Shown one piece after another: positions 34,084 through 47,300 of a stretch of 64,000 nucleotides of DNA (position 1 is the first letter of the stretch; every line of letters starts with the position of its first letter). The position numbers were made by a program, and so were the translations under genes. Under the pieces are notes generated by a model. It saw nothing but the letters and a program-made list of their open reading frames with translations, had not been told where the DNA came from and made no database searches. The DNA lies in assembly GCA_026770705.1 (NCBI GenBank), contig JANJGN010000025.1:11594001-11658000 (forward strand), read 5' to 3'. This DNA comes from Isurus oxyrinchus (lineage: Eukaryota).

Positions 34084-37000
34084 GTACGAGCTCTCGACTT
34101 TCATGTCCCATTTTTTTTTGAGGGGGGCTTTGGTCCACATTGTTTACTCGAGAACCATGCTCACCTATCCTCGATATCTAAAGCTATTTTTTCCAATTTC
34201 TACCCAATCTTTAATCGATGACCTTGAGATTCCTAAAAAGCCCCACCCTGTTTTTTTTTTGCTCGCAGTTTCTCCAACTTATGATATGCCATTTGGGCCT
34301 ATATTCAGCAGTGGAAGTACAATGTAAGCCTGTCGAGTCCACTTTTATTGTTTATTTTATATTATAGCGAATATATTCTTTCCGTTCTTGTTGCTGTAGT
34401 AAGATGACCTTGTCATTGCTGTTGCTGCAATGCACCATTTTACTCACAATGCAGACGGGTTTGAGAATTTGAGGATTTGGTGTCCATAGTAAACCCATAG
34501 AAGTAAATTGTAGTAAATATACTACAAAAAGTTGCATGAATGAAAAAAAATTCATATTTATAGATAAATTAGGAAGTGCCTGTTGGAAAGTTGCTTCATC
34601 GTCTATATTTTTATCACCACCATACCATTTCACTGTATGTCTTAGGGTATTTTGTAAATTTTTATTACAATTTGGTGAAAAGTTTACTATGCTTCTGTCC
34701 CCATCTCCTGTATTGGAATAATAATGTATGTGCTATATAACTGGGTTGCTTCGACTATACTTCTATGTCCTGTGTCCCTGAAATACTTTTGTCTTTCTTG
34801 AAGGTGTTTATTATCTTGAATACACCTTTTAAACTTTATTATAATTGTTTTAATTACTTTGCAACACTTCATTCCTTTCAGATTTTATATACATGTATCT
34901 CAGTTAGTTTCATGACATTGGGTAGATGGTGCATTCATACAGCAAAAATAAAAGATATTTCTCGATGGCATTAAACTGTAGAAACTTTGCATTGAAAGAT
35001 TCTATAACTTTTAATAATTGTTGAACTTTTAACAGGTCAATGGATATTATTGCCTACCAGACACCTGGCCATAGATGGTGCTTTAATTGAAAAATGTTAA
35101 CCTGGATTTAGAATTTTTTGTTTGCTTGTAAATTTATGGGTGCAATGAAAATCATCTTTAAAAATACCAATTCTCCAGCAGTTAGCATAGTTAACAATTG
35201 GCAATATTTGAATTTCAGTTGCTTTTGACATGTGATTTAAGATTGAAGCACTGTAATATGGTGTCATCTTTAAAAGATGTTCCACAATGGAAGTGATATT
35301 TATTGCTTGCTGTTTTTTAATGTGATCTTTGAAGATTTTCGTTTCTTTGAAATAAACATACCGCATTGAAGGTATTTTAACTGAGATTGCACAGAATTTA
35401 CAGAAGGATGGACGTGGTCAACTGTTAATTTATTTCAAAAAATGTGTATTATACTAAAGATGCAATGTTCATTTTTTTTTCTTGAAGATGAGTGCATTTA
35501 TATTTTTGCTGATTTCAGTGAAACTATCTCTAATGGCCTTTCCTGGGATTTGGTCTAGGTGGACAGGTGGACCTTTCCCTTGGGTGGTCACCTGAGGTTT
35601 AAGTTTCATTCTCTGTTGCGATAGGATTGATCTTGGGTATGCTCTCGGACTGGTTTCACTGTGTGGAACAATTCATTGCTGAACTAAGATCAACCTGGTG
35701 GCTTGAACAATTGTAACCATTAGTTGTTGAGCAAAAGTCCCATACCTCTCTAGTTACATGGAGCTTGCTGCTTAGTGGGTTCCTTTAGGAATTATGGATG
35801 TACAGTGGCTTCTAATGAAGCACTGATGCCAATCCACCTCAGCCTTATCTGATGTTGGGAACAGATTTTTGGATGGAAAGCAGATCCTTTGCTAAGATGC
35901 ACTCCACCTGTTGTAAAAACCCACCAGTAATATGGAATTTGGCATGTCCCCTATGGGCATGCATATATCTGCAGGGCTTTGAATTCCATTCCAGATGCTG
36001 GTTAGGTGCCTTGAGATATTACCCAAGTACGTTATCCACTACTGGCAGATAGGTTCTTTCTAGTTGTGGTTCCTCTGCTTCACAGAGAAGGAAAGGTCAT
36101 TGAAGTTGTCCATGCTGGACCAACATCTGGAATGGGAACATCTGCCCATTCCAGTAAGGCACAGTGATTGGTGTCCCAAACCTGATCCTTCACCTCCAAA
36201 CACCAAAAGTTCCAGTGTCCATCTAATTCTGCCGCTCAAACAGCTACAGATGTGAGTTCATTCTTGCAGACAAAACTTGTTAAAAGATTATTTTGTGTCA
36301 ATAAAGTTACCCTGCCACACCTTGGGTTCTGGTGTCATCATTACATAGTCTGAGAAAATGACCATTTACACATCACTAGTACATCACGTCAAAACAGGTT
36401 GTGATTTGCCATCTTCAGCTTGTTTAGGGTAGGTGATTTGTCACAGCGAGCAATTTATCATTTGGAGATGCCAACATTTTCACTGCCTTTGGAATGTTTA
36501 ATGAAAATGGCACTAATGCCGCTATATGTGGTAAGTGTAGAAATTTGCAATCACTTTTGGAACGTTGCACCATTTCATTTCATATTTTTCTTAGTTATGG
36601 TGGGAAAATCAGCTAGGCCACTATAGTTGAGAGAGAGAGAAGTTTGAAAAGGTTGATCTATACATGCATGCTTAAAAATTGCTGGTAAGTCTGCAGAATG
36701 TTTAAAAATAGTAAAATGAAGAGATTATGTTCCATCTTTATAATAAAAAATTGCAACGTTCAAACGAAAAACACCACTATAGTGTATAGCATTGATGGTA
36801 ACTTCTCAATTGCTGAACAACAAAACTCTAGGAATTAAATCTGTGCATTACCTTTGAACATACAGATGTAGTTTGGATAGAGTTAGCAGCTTCAACACCC
36901 ATGGGGCTTTCATTCTGCATATTGGAGATTTTGCTCAGTTGTGAAAATGGTTTGATTTTTAAAAGAAAGAAGGTTGAGAGGGGCTGATAATCATAGCAAA

Positions 37001-38289
37001 AAATACCTTCTGGTTTGCAGATGCACTGTTTGCATATGCTTTTCAGGGTTCACAGTTGTGAAAGAAAGTAACCTGCCAAGCTCCTGTAGCTGTTGACCCA
37101 GCTTTTATAGAACAATAACATGTCACTGAATTGGAGTAGGGGTTTTAAATTGTGATCCCTTAGGTAGATACAATTGCAAAGATGAATGTTGTGTTGATTG
37201 AATAACTTGGGAGTATTCTGCAATGGTAGTTTCAAACGTAACATTTTTATTATAACACAGTTTTGCTGATCATCAACGTTCCTGAAGTGAACAGCTTGGT
37301 TTTACAAGCAATTTTAATGCATACCTCTGCAGGTTATTCTGAGGGGCATGCAGTACAGAAATTTGAGTTTAACTGAAACTGGTAATCCAGTGCTGAGATT
37401 TCATAGTCCCAATTTCTCATTCTGATCTTAACCAGCAGTGTGCATGCTTTTTGAGTTATATGCTGTTGCATGGATTGGAAAGTTCTGAAGCATTACAATA
37501 CAAAAGTGTGGATATTTATATAGATTTACTGTACTTTACTGGACTGTTGAACAATACAGTTAAACATTCAGTTTGAACTGAATTCATACTTTGGAAATAA
37601 CCAATCAAGTACATACAATGCATAGTTTTTTTTTACAGTCAAGTTGCTGGTAATAAATGTTTACCAATAAAATGCCTGCCCAAGAACAGGTTGAAAATTT
37701 GGGGTGAAAGCAGCATCTTCTGGGATGATGGATCTATGTGGATATGATTAAAATGTTCCTTAAAAAATGAGTGTCGATTTTTCTCTCAGATTCCACGTGT
37801 ACATGGAAATCAAGCTTTTTGTGTTCCATTTGGTAGCATCTAGCAATCTGTGAAGGGAGAATGGAATGTTTAATTTCTGTTGTGCAGCATACTATGTTGT
37901 TTCAGAGAAACTGATCCAAATATAAATATTCAGTGTTATACAATGAGTTACTTTATTATCGGCATAGTAATGTATTTCACTTGGAATGTGTGGCTGGTGA
38001 TAGATCCTGTATTTATTCCAAAGTTGTGCAGTCGTGTTTCTTGCATTGGAATCAAGTCAGTTATTTGGCAGCCATTTTATGAAGGTAGAAATCACTTGTA
38101 CAGAGCTTGTTTTCAACATTTCTTCAAGGGTTTTTGTTAGTTTTCTATTAGTAAATTAACTTGTGTGGCTAACTGGAAACCTGTATGCATGTGTCAGACT
38201 ATTTTGTGATAAGTGAAGGCTTTGGTGTATTGTTTAGAGGGAGAGTGTAGCTGTCTTTTTTGAGCTTTTAGTCAGCTGCAGTCAACTTC

Positions 38290-38570
38290 AGAGAGACAAA
38301 ATGGCTCTGCTTTACGCTGCATAACTAGACAGACATACTGCATTGCATAGTGTAGTTAGGAAGTACAGGAAGCTGGTGATGATGTAGCTGAGTTCAAAGG
38401 TTGTGCTCTGGAATGTGATTGGCTCTCTGCGTAGTAACAGAACTGCCTGCAGCAGAGCACTCAACAGCTCTGCCCTAGACTGACGTCACTGCTGCCTGTG
38501 TAAGCCTCCCTCGTCAGGCAAGCCGCTGTATTTAGCTGTGAGAATTCTTGCTAGGCTTACACAGCATGGC
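38290..38570 (+). promoter_or_regulatory. Intronic promoter/enhancer-like module in CHD2 intron 2
   Basis: AAAATGGC (YY1-like) at 38298, inverted CCAAT (ATTGG) at 38418 and palindromic CRE TGACGTCA at 38481, in a locally GC-richer non-repeat stretch. Confidence 0.55.
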
Positions 38571-40039
38571 AAACAAAGTGACTAGGATTAATCAGCTATT
38601 TTCCTGTATGATGTGCATTTATAAATATTTTTTGTAAACCCTTCTTAATTTTAAGGTTTAAATTTAATCTTACTTTCTGTATAATCGCTAGATTCAAATG
38701 CAGTCCTTTAGAAATGCTTGAATTGGTGACCTAATTTTGCTTTATATTTTCGGGGGATTTTTTTTTTTCCAAGGGCACTTCTTATTTTATCAGTTTAAAG
38801 AAAAAAGATTAGCTTGCGCCAGGAAACAACCCCGTGCTTCAATTATGCCTTTGGCTGTTCATAGCTCAGTTCCTATATTAGAACCAACCCTTTTGTTGTT
38901 AACTGAAGTGAGCTCTCAAGGATTAGAACAAATTCATCCAGATGTGTTCTTTGATATAATGGTTCTTCAGGGTGGACAGCTGGTTAGGATCACAGATCTC
39001 CTCCTGTGACTAGCTGTTGTCTGAATATAGATTGATTTAACCCACTCCTTGCAAACAGGGTCCAGTTAGAGGTCCAGAAAAGAAATATTTGTTGTATTTG
39101 AAGGCGGATTAGTCATTTTATAAATCACTTGGCGCAATCACTTTTTAAAAGAATCATCAATTGCATTTACCTAATTGCAAAATGTACCCTTTTTGTCTAT
39201 ATTCCACCTTTTCTCTTTGGAGGTTCTTGGATATAGTTCCATTAGCATCAGTCACCTGCTACCTGGCTCAAGTGGCCATTCTTCATAAGATGACCTAAGC
39301 AAGGGCATTTGACAGCACAAGCTTGCTTCGGTTCATTTGCTATTTCTACACAGGCATCTTCTAGAAGGAGTTGTTGAATTGTGATTGGGGAAGAGGCACT
39401 GCCCATATCCTATTCCTTCAGGGGTGCTGAGCAAATTGTATCACCCTTAATGCCACCCTGGGTCAGATCAGTTAATGAGTCCAATATGCTTGGCAAACAT
39501 AGCATTCTCTTGAGAAAACACAGAAGGCAGGATCCTTTGAATGCTGTTTCATGCCCAGACTGGTCAAGTTGGTATTATCACTTAGCACAGACTGGAATGA
39601 AACCTTCAATATTGTTTCTCTGGGTCAGTATCACAATATGTGGTATATTTACCCACTGAGGCTGGGAGGGCACCAGGATCTTTCACCACTACTTAATATT
39701 AGTAGTGATGGTGAAACGGTATTTTGGGACCGAACATGTGCAAAAACAAAGGAGCTGAAAATTACAGTGGCTGATCTGTGTTTAGCTGTTGCATCAATGT
39801 TAAAGTTTCTGATGAAAATAATTGTTCAGAAGTTTGCACAAAAAGTATGCTGTACTCACAGGAAGCTACTTAGACATTTTAATTTTTGAGGTCAGTGCAA
39901 TCGGAAATAGTACATTAATATGCAGCGTCTTTTGACAGTTTGTTTATAAAATTTATTTCCGGCTTTATCCATATGTTGATCTTCTAAAGCTTTGTTGCCC
40001 ACGTCCTAACTCTGCAGAGTCCTTCCATATCCATTCGTG

Positions 40040-41720
40040 AACGATGGTGGACAATTCAACAATTAACTGGAGGAGGATGTTCCACAAATACACTGATTCT
40101 CAGTGATAGGGGAGACCAGCACATTGGTGAAAAAGACATGGCTGAAACATTTGCAATTATCTTTAGCCAGAGGCGCTGACTGGATGATCCAACTTGCCAC
40201 CTCCTTGAGGTCCCCTGCATCACAGATGCCAGTCTTCAGCCAATTTGATTCACCCATGTGATATTAAACAACAGCTGAAGGCACTGGATACAGCATAGGA
40301 TATGGGCCCTGTCAACATCCCAGCAGTAGTACTGAAGACTTGTGCTCCAGAGCTAGCAGCACTCCCTCACCAAGCTGCTCCAGTAGAGCTATGACACTGG
40401 CATCTACCTGACAATGTGGTATGTCCTGTCCGTAAAAAGCAAGACAAATAAAATCCAACCAGTTACCATCCCATTAGTCTACTCTAGATGATCATCAAGT
40501 GATGGGTGTTGTCAGCAGTGCTATCAAGCAGCACTTACACAGCAATAACCTGCTCCCTGAAACTCAGTTTGGGTCCCACCAGGGTCACTCAGCTCCTGCC
40601 CTCATTACAGCTGTATTTTAAATGTGGACAAAAGAGCTGAACTTGAGGTGTGAGTGACTGCCCTCAATATCAAGGCAGTGTTTGAGTGTGGCATCAAGCT
40701 GCCCTAGCATAATTGAAATCAATGGGAATTGGTGGGGAGGTGGTGGGAAACATCTCTCCACTGGTTGGAATCAAACCTAGCATAAAGATGGTTGTGGTTG
40801 TTGGCAGCTTATCATTTCAGTCTCAGAATGTCAGTGTGGTAGTGCCCCAGGCTCAACCATTTTCAGCTGCTTCATCAATGACCTTCCCTCCATCAGGACA
40901 TCAGAAGTGGGGATGTTCACAGACTGGTACTGAACATTGTGTTTTCATGATTCCTCAGATACTGAAGCATTCTATGCCCATATGCAATAAGATCTGAGCA
41001 ACATTTGGGCTTGGGTTAATGTGTGGCATAAATGTCAGTTGCCACGTAAGTGTCAGGCAATGACCATCTCCAAAAGGAGAAAATTTAACCACCTCCCCAG
41101 GACATTGAATGTGTTACCATCACTAAATATCCCACCATCAACATCCTGGGGGATTATCATTGATCAGAAATTAAACGGGACCAGGCATATAAATGCCAAG
41201 GCTACCAGAACAGGTCAGAAGCTAGGAGTTCTTCAGCGATTAAGTCACCACCTGATTCCCCAAAGCCATCTACAAGGCACAAGTGCGATGGAATACTCTT
41301 CATTTGCCTGGATGCGTGCAGCTCCAACAGCAGTCAAGAAGGTCGACACCATCTGGGACAAAGCTATCTTCTTGATTGGTACCCCAGCCTCCGCCTTAAA
41401 CATCACTCCCCCCACCACCTACATACAGTGAGTGGCAGCAGTGTGTACAACACACAAGGTGCACTGCAGCAACTCAATAAGCCTCCCTTGACAGGACCTT
41501 TCAAAGCTGTGACCTCTAGCATTTAGAAGGGCTAGGGCAGTGTTCACTGCCAAGGGCTAAAATCCTAGAACTCCCTCCCTAACAATACTGGGTGTACCTA
41601 CACCACAAGGACTGCAGCAGTTCAGGAAAGCTCACCACCACATTCGCGAGGGCATTTAGGGAAGGGCGACAAATGCTGGCCATGCCAGCGACACACCCCT
41701 CCAATGAAAGAATAAAACAA
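40040..41720 (+). mobile_element. Degraded CR1-clade LINE (same family) in CHD2 intron 2
   Basis: Shares segments with 15110-16198 (KCQAMTISKR, IDQKL, WMRAAPT) and a similar 3' tail. Confidence 0.88.
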
Positions 41721-42434
41721 AGCGCACACCAAGTTCCTTTCACTCATCACCCCTGTGCTTGCTGACCTACATTGCCCCCAGATCTGGCATCAACTCTATT
41801 TTAAAATAATTATCCTTGTTTTCAAATTGCCCCATGACATTGGTCCTCCCTATCTCTTAACATTCTCTGCCCTCCCCGAGACCAATGTTCTTAATTCTGG
41901 CATCTTGTGAATTGTTGATTTCAATCATTCCGCTATGGGTGGCTGTGCCTGCAATTATCTAGGCCCTGAGCTCAGGAATTTGCTCCACAAACCATGCCAC
42001 CCTCCTTTTTTTGTTGACAATCTCCTCTCCACTCCACCCACCCACCCCCAAGAGTACTGTATGATGAATTTGGCATGTCATGAAGGGATAGTGTGTATGT
42101 GTGTGTGGCGCAATATCAGCAGTAATGTACCCAATTAGTGCTATCAGCTATTTGTAATCTTCTGAAAACAATATTCTAAAAGAATCACTGCGTCAAAATC
42201 AATGAAATGCAGTTATATAGAATAGTATACATTACCAAAATTTGTGAAGTTGTCCGGTGTACACTGGGGTTGCCAGTTGTCTTGTTAGGCTATGCTGATC
42301 ATCGGTGTACTGTATCAGTCTGAATCATGGTGAGCTGACAGTATCATTAAAGCCTCTAGGTCAAACCGTTTTGGGTCAGTTACTGGACAAGTGTTGACAG
42401 GAACTGTGCTTATGTTGCCGTATCAATTTATTTA

Positions 42435-42840
42435 CTTATTCTCAGAGTTTGGGCATCACTGGCAGAGTCAGCATTTATTTCCTATTCCTTATTGCACTGA
42501 GATGGTGGTGGTACATTTTCTATAAACCACTGAGGTGGTTCAGTACAACTGAGAAGCTTGCTAGATTGCTTAAGAGGGCAGCTTAGGGTCAACCACATTG
42601 TGTGGAGCTGGAAGTCACAGGCTAGAGCAGGGAAGGATGGCAGATTTTTCCTGCAGAGTTAGTGAACCAATTGGGTTTTTACAGCAGTCCAATAGCTTCA
42701 TGATGTTTACTGATAGCAGCTTTTTGGTTTTATTTCCACAATTTTTTGAAACTGAATTCAAATTACTAGGATAAGATTTAATGCACATTCGCTAAATTAT
42801 TAGTCCGGATTTCAGGATCACTTAGTCCAGTAATAGGACT
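42435..42840 (-). mobile_element. Older copy of the same SINE family
   Basis: Shares the cagcatttatt..ccttattgc tail and body segments (gtcaaccacattg, ggcagattt) with 62960-63300. Confidence 0.65.
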
Positions 42841-43929
42841 TCCGTGCTTCTGTATATGTGCTTAATCAACACAGCCATTGGAAAATGCTGGTCATGCAGG
42901 TACTGCAAGACTTTGGAGAACTGATGCAACTTCCTGGACAACTGGATCTTGCACAGATTCTTGCTTTCCTTAGTAAAATTGGCTTTTGCTGAGAAAACAA
43001 TTTTACAACAATGTTATGTTATGATTTACAGAAATTTACTGAAGATCACATGATGCATTTAACTTATATGCCACTCTACTCTGACCTATTAAAAAGCATA
43101 TCCCATTAAATATAAACTGCAGGAATGAATCCTTTCCACGCTGATTCTAGTTTTTGCTGGCACACTTAAAATTAAATGAATCAGTCTTTCAGCTAAAACC
43201 TGCTCAATTGCACACTACTTGTCAGTTCATTGCATAGTTGAAAGCTGCTGTTGCTTGGATCTAATTGTTCACTATCTCCTTGTTTTACTCCTTTGGAATG
43301 AGGATCCAGAAGCTGTGAAGTATAAATCCATCATTCAGTCGGCATCTAAACACAGCCTCAAGAAGTTGCTCTTAAGCACTTTATGAGCACAAGTGATTTG
43401 AATTTTAAAGCAGAGCACCTGCAGTCTCATTTTTACTTTCATTTTGTTGATGAATTACTTGTATTTTTGGATTTAACAGATCAAACTCTTGCTATCTAGA
43501 AGGGGGATGTGGAGGAGAACAAGTCAATGTTTCTGCTAACGCATTTATTATGCTGGGAGGATCAAAGGAAAATTTGGAGCAACAGCCCACAACTTTTGAG
43601 TACTTTTGATGTCCTTATATAGACACAGCTCTTTAAGCTGCAAGTTTAAACAGCTGCTTCCGTTCCATACAAGTGACAGAAAATATCATGGTAAACAATT
43701 CACCCCACCCCTTCTAGCAAACATACAGCCATGAATAAACCCAGACTAATCAGTAAAAGTTTTGCATGTCATTGCAGCTAAGACAATCCCTCAACCAGTT
43801 TTCTCCTCCTTTGAGAAAAATGTTCCATCTTTTGTAACACTATGTCTTGTAACTGCAATAAGATTGTCTTTTATTATTTACAGAAGTTTTGATCTTTGGG
43901 TTTAAAAAAATGAATGTGCTCTTAAATAG

Positions 43930-44300
43930 GGGCTTTCGTAGCTACAGGATGTCCCAAAGCAATTCACAGCCATTAAGGCACTTTTGAAGTGTAGTCATTG
44001 TTGTATTGGAGGAAATGCAGCAGCCAATTTGCCCACCATAAGCTCCCACAAACAGTAATATGATCATCTGTTTTTGTGATATTAATTGAGGGATAAATAA
44101 TTCCAGGATATTGGGGATAAACTAGTACCTTTGGATCTTTTCATCCACCTGTTTAATGTCTCATCCCAAAAAAGGCACCCCTCCCCCCACCACCTGTACT
44201 GCAATGGAATGTCAGGCCCGATTTTGTGCTCAAGTCCTGGAATGAGACTTGAATCAACAACTTTCTGGCTCAGAGGCGAGTGTGCTACCAACTGACCAAA
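43930..44300 (-). mobile_element. tRNA-derived Deu/SacSINE-like element
   Basis: Minus-strand head TGGTAGCACACTCGCCTCTGAGCCAGAAAGTTGTTGATTCAAG. Body motif cagccaatttgc..ca..agctcccacaaa recurs at about 12130, 18785 and 20780. Confidence 0.65.
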
Positions 44301-47300
44301 GCTTATATTCTTTCAAAGTGCTTCATGCAATTACTTCACTATGTAGTGACTGTTATAAGAAAAACTTGCATTTATAAAGTGCTTTTCACAATTTCAGGAC
44401 ATCCCAAACTACTTTTCAACCAGTGAAATATTTTTGAAGGGTAGCTGCTACTAGAGCAGGTCCTACAAATAGCACAGATAGAAATGTGAATTGGCCTGAT
44501 AGTTGGAGGGTGGGGGTGGGGAGGAGGAATGTTGGCCAGTGTTACATCTCTGCTCTTCAACTGCCGCTATGAAGCCTTTAGTATTCATCAGAACAGGCCA
44601 GTTTCAACAATGCAGCGCTTCCTCAGTGCTGCATGCAATATCATTGGTTATGTTCCACACTATTCTCCTCCCACCCTGTTCATCTAACCCTGTCAGCATA
44701 CTTAAATTGGCATTGTTTATGTAATTGTACATAGCAAGTTATAGATTGCATATGTTTATGGACATGGGGATGTGCATGACTAGAAGAGAAGCATTAAGAT
44801 GTTCTCACAGACCGAAAAATGATGGCTACAAGATGCCCATCAGCCACCTGAAAGACAAAGAGCAAGTGAATGTCTTGGGTTGAAATCCTGAATCAGAATT
44901 GTTAAATTTCAACTAAAACTAACCTGTTCTTCAAAGGCTTAATTTCTTCTCTCTCCCCCCCCCCCCCCCCCACCCACCACCACCACCAATTCCAGTGTTC
45001 ATTATTTTGCCCTTGTGGGATGAAAAAGATCTGAAGACACTATTTTATCCTCCATATCCTGGTCGATATTTATCTCTCAAAGCAACATCACAAACACATG
45101 AAAGCAAAATGTTGCAGATGTTGGAAATCTGAAATAAAAGCAGAAAACCCTGGAAAATCTCAGCAAGTCTGGCAGCATCTGTGGAGCGAGAAACAGAATT
45201 AACGTTTTGAGTCCAATATGATTCCTCTTCAGAAACACAGAAACAGATGGTCACTTTGCTTTTTACTTTTTGTGGGAACTTGGCAGTGGGCAGATTGGCT
45301 GCTGTGTTTTAGAAAGGTTAGAATATAGTGTAACCAAGAGTGGCTACTGAACTCGAGCAACATTTTGCATGGATTAAATAAACAGGTTAAAAAAAATTAG
45401 GTGGCAAGGGTCGAGTTGAAATAGGAATAGAGTAGGGAACTCTGATGTGAAGCTTCACCAGCACTGGCACAGTGACCTTCCTCCTATGCTGAAATTCCTC
45501 ATCTCTATCCCGTACTCCTTCAATAAAAATCTATAAAATCCATTCCAATTGAAAATTGTGCTTGCAGCAATGAAAGGGAGCAGGATTGTACATTGGGATC
45601 CTTTGCTTGAATCTGTCATGTGTTTGTATGGATTCTACTTATTTGCTGTATCTAACATGCTGCAGTGGCCAGGCTGGTCTTCATCTTGCCTCAGTAAACA
45701 AATTGTTTTGTTCTATAGTTAGAAAAATGAGGGCTGCAAAATACTCATCAGCCACCTGAAAGTCAAAAAGCAAATGAATGTTGTGGGTGAAGGCCCTGGA
45801 ACAGAGTTGATGCTAAACCGATCATCATCAAAGACATTCTCGCTCTTTCCCCAATCCCACACACACACATTTCCAGTGTTCATTACTTTGATATCAGGGA
45901 CCTGGCATAATGTTGTAAATTTTTTTAATCATGAAAATTGAGTTCACTTAAAAATAGTCAAATTCAGTCAACTGAAGGCATTTACAATACAAAATGTGGG
46001 ATTAATACTCCAAACAAAATACTGCCTCTCTGCTCCATGTGTAAATACTGTGAAATTTCCAGCATTTCAGGGTAGCTGGCAGTTTTGATTGTACTAAAGC
46101 AGCTCTGAAGACCACCCTGGCAGAATGATTCCAAATGTCCTTGAAGAACCACACTACCTGATCGATAATAGAGATTTAAATGCCATAATCAGTATGTTCT
46201 TGACCTCGTTACTTTGTAACTGTTTGGAAATAGATACTACACCCAAATCTTGCCTTGCAAAATCTATCAATCCTTTATTCGAACTGATTTAGTTACAGAA
46301 TCTGATGACATTTATTACTAAACTTTGTTAAATAGATATGTATAAATTGTAGCTTTGTCCATGATTTTAAAATCTTCTATACAGAAAAATAACTTGCAGT
46401 TTTTTTATTGGCCTTTTTTCCTGAATTTTAAGTGCCTCTTTGTCCTGGAAATGGAAAACTTTCCATTTTAGGTGTTTGATGTTGGACATTTCCTGTGCTT
46501 CTCCAAAGATGTATCCCTTCCCTGGGCTTAGAGCACCACTTCCTATCCCAGTATGACATTTTCCAAGTCCCATATCATCCAATCTATGTGGATTTTTTTG
46601 AGTGCAGCTGCAAAGTAATGTTTTTACTGTTGACCCCTGTCCAAAAGGTTTGGATTTAGTCTTATCTGAACTGATTTCATTTGGTGATGCTTGCAAGATT
46701 GTAACTGGCTCTCCCGGTTGTCCTGAATATGTGAGAATGAGCCACTTGCGATGGTGTTTCCACACTGGTGAGTAGGGAATTCTACGGTAGTTGCTATCAG
46801 CACGCAGGAGACTTCATCAATTTGGGTTAGATTTGTACCCAAATCCCCTAACTGTTTATAATGATGCTTTTCCCCTCTCAACCAAAGTCGTCTCTTCAAC
46901 ATAGAGGTCATGGGTTATGTGTAACTTATTAAAACAGTGTCGCTCCATTTTTTCACTTAATTAATTGTATGGTCACTCAGAATTACATTTACACTTTCAA
47001 GTTTTCAGAATGTCTTCAATGTTCAAACCTTTCATAGTGTGAGATCATGTAAATGGGAAAATCGATTTATGAGCTATCAGTGTAAACACAGTGGAATTTC
47101 TGCGATCATTGGTGGCTGAATAAGGCAGAGAACAGTGAATAAGTGGATGCAACCACTGTGGGTGGGGCAGGAGAACGAGTGGGACTTGTCATTACTTCTC
47201 CCAATGCATGCATTTACACTGACTTTAACCGTGTTTACCATGAGTAATGCCTCCTCTTTCTACCAAATTCTGGGATTGCCCACGATGTGCAGTTTCCTTT

